Origin: Phycisphaera mikurensis NBRC 102666
GTDB taxonomy: Bacteria; Planctomycetota; Phycisphaerae; Phycisphaerales; Phycisphaeraceae
Assembly: GCF_000284115.1 (NCBI RefSeq)
Contig: NC_017080.1
Coordinates: forward strand, 2,910,001 to 2,942,000
DNA: 32,000 bases
Direction: 5' to 3'
The number at the start of each line of letters is the position of its first letter. The stretch's first letter is position 1. Below are positions 30,639 through 32,000 of the stretch, one piece after another. Under the pieces are notes generated by a model. The model made no database searches. It had not been told where the DNA came from and saw only the letters and a list, made by a program, of their open reading frames with translations. The position numbers were made by a program, and so were the translations under genes.

Positions 30639-32000
30639 ATGGACGCCTTGCCGCCCGCGCCCCGCTTTCTCCTGTGCCTGCTCGTCGTCCTGCCGCTGTG
30701 GCCCGGGGTGGTCGGCTGCACGAGCACCTCCGACCGCATCCTCGAGTTCCAATCCCGCTACGACCACCGCGCCCTCGCCAGCGCCGAAGCCGCCGCGGAG
30801 AGGAGCCTCCGCCGCGACCACCGCCGGCACGCCATCTACTGGAACCTCGAGCTCGGCAAGACCCGCTTCGAGCGCGGCGACCACGCCGGAGCACTGCAAG
30901 CCTGGGGCGCGGCGGAGGAGGGCATGGACCGCTGGGCCGTGCGGCCGCCCTTCCGCCTCCGCGAGACGGTGGCCACGACGTCCTGGAACGACCTGCTGCT
31001 CCCCTACCGCGGCCGGGTCACCGAGCGGCTGCTGATGCACACGTACCAGAGCCTCGCCGCCCTCTTCCTCGGCGACACCGAGCGGGCGCAGGTGTTCCGC
31101 CGCCGCGCGTGGCGGACGCAGCTCGAGGCCGAGCAGGTCTTCGGCGACGACCTCGCCGCGGACCGCGCCGCCTTCGAACGCCGCCTCGGCTCGGCCGTGC
31201 CCGACGCCGCCGTCGAGCGTTCGGCACGGTCGGTCACCTCCCGCTGGGACGACCGCGTCCGCGGGCCTTACGCGACGCTGCTCAACCCCTTCACGACGCA
31301 CCAGGCCGCGCTGATGGCGCTCGCCGAGGGCAGCACCGCCGAGGCCGAGGGCCTGCTGGCGCGGGCCGCCGCGATGGTGCCGGGCAACCGCTTCGTGCAG
31401 GCCGACCGCGGCCAGCGCGGCTGGCTGGACGCCGGCGAGCCCCTCGTCTACGTCTACGCCGAGCTTGGGCTCGTGCCCCGCCGGCGGCCGGAGAACCTGA
31501 CGGTGCTGCAGGGATTCACCGGCGTGTCGAGCCTGCCGCTTCCGGTGCTCGTGCCGGCGGAGGGGAGGGCCCGCGGGGTGGTGGCGGACGCAGACCGCGG
31601 GGCCTCGGGAACGACCCGCGGTGCATCGGGGCCGGTGCGCGGCGTCGAGCTCGCCGACCTGGGCGCCGCCACGGCCGCCGCGTTCGAGCGCGAGTTCCCC
31701 GGCGTGCTGCTCCGCGCCGTCACCGGCCTGGCCGCCAAGGAGGCCGCCACCGCCGCCGCGATGAACCAGGCCAGGAGCCCCGAGGAGGCGCTCGCGGTGC
31801 TCGTCGGCGGCTCCCTCTGGAAGCTCGCCGCCGCCGAGCCGGACCTCCGCGGCTGGTCGTCGCTGGGCGACGCGGTCGACCTGCTGCGCGTCCCCCGCCC
31901 CGCCGACGGACGCCTGCGCCTCGAGGTGGTCGGTGGCCGCGGCGCGGGCGTCGACCTCATCCTGCCGGAGGCGCAGGCGATCCTCGTCTACCTGCGCAGC
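30639..32000 (+). CDS. Putative lipoprotein, COG3014-like (TPR-like N-terminal part); the 3' end runs off the window
   Basis: Hand translation from ATG 30639. The frame stays open to 32000, so it is absent from the track. MDALPPAPRFLLCLLVVLPLWPGVVGC (lipobox VVGC). YRGRVTERLLMHTYQSLAALFLGDTERAQVFRRRA and LVYVYAELGLVPRRRPE resemble that family, judged from memory. Very high GC3. Confidence 0.65.
   Translation, partial: MDALPPAPRFLLCLLVVLPLWPGVVGCTSTSDRILEFQSRYDHRALASAEAAAERSLRRDHRRHAIYWNLELGKTRFERGDHAGALQAWGAAEEGMDRWAVRPPFRLRETVATTSWNDLLLPYRGRVTERLLMHTYQSLAALFLGDTERAQVFRRRAWRTQLEAEQVFGDDLAADRAAFERRLGSAVPDAAVERSARSVTSRWDDRVRGPYATLLNPFTTHQAALMALAEGSTAEAEGLLARAAAMVPGNRFVQADRGQRGWLDAGEPLVYVYAELGLVPRRRPENLTVLQGFTGVSSLPLPVLVPAEGRARGVVADADRGASGTTRGASGPVRGVELADLGAATAAAFEREFPGVLLRAVTGLAAKEAATAAAMNQARSPEEALAVLVGGSLWKLAAAEPDLRGWSSLGDAVDLLRVPRPADGRLRLEVVGGRGAGVDLILPEAQAILVYLRS

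Overview
Very GC-rich bacterial chromosomal segment (roughly 70% or more by eye), densely packed with housekeeping genes. Gene content (a PEP-CTERM protein, a Sec-signal sulfatase with an FGE, DUF4174, weak Shine-Dalgarno usage) suggests a Planctomycetota/Phycisphaerae-like organism, but this is inference only. Gene order: priA (partial, -), Old-Yellow-Enzyme reductase (-), mutS (+), secreted hypothetical plus DUF4174 lipoprotein (+), CaCA cation/Ca2+ antiporter (-), coiled-coil hypothetical (-), metK overlapping ptsI (+), a 24-aa membrane micro-ORF (+), rne-dxr-rseP-pgeF (+), PEP-CTERM protein (+), membrane-anchored thioredoxin-like protein (+), an orphan nucleotidyltransferase-like protein (-), trpB (+), sulfatase (-), GntR/LacI-hybrid regulator (+), formylglycine-generating enzyme (+), a metX-metW fusion (-), and a COG3014-like lipoprotein (partial, +). 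I found no rRNA, tRNA, CRISPR array or mobile element. Most of the very long ORFs in the supplied track (up to 1692 aa) are antisense or off-frame artefacts of the high GC content. The two genes that touch the window edges (priA and the terminal lipoprotein) are missing from the track and were translated by hand. I do not see a clear-cut novel multi-gene system. The observations most worth a second look are: (1) an orphan protein with a degenerate CCA/poly(A)-polymerase-like core and an RGG-rich tail; (2) a sulfatase with a non-canonical C-A-V-N-R FGly motif two genes from a signal-peptide-bearing FGE, with only the GntR/LacI-hybrid regulator gene between them; (3) a single-polypeptide MetX-MetW fusion; (4) a short GGTCCGCGG/CCGCGGACC palindromic motif concentrated in 3' intergenic spacers; (5) two G-quadruplex-prone microsatellites; (6) a 24-aa hydrophobic micro-ORF followed by nested hairpins upstream of rne.
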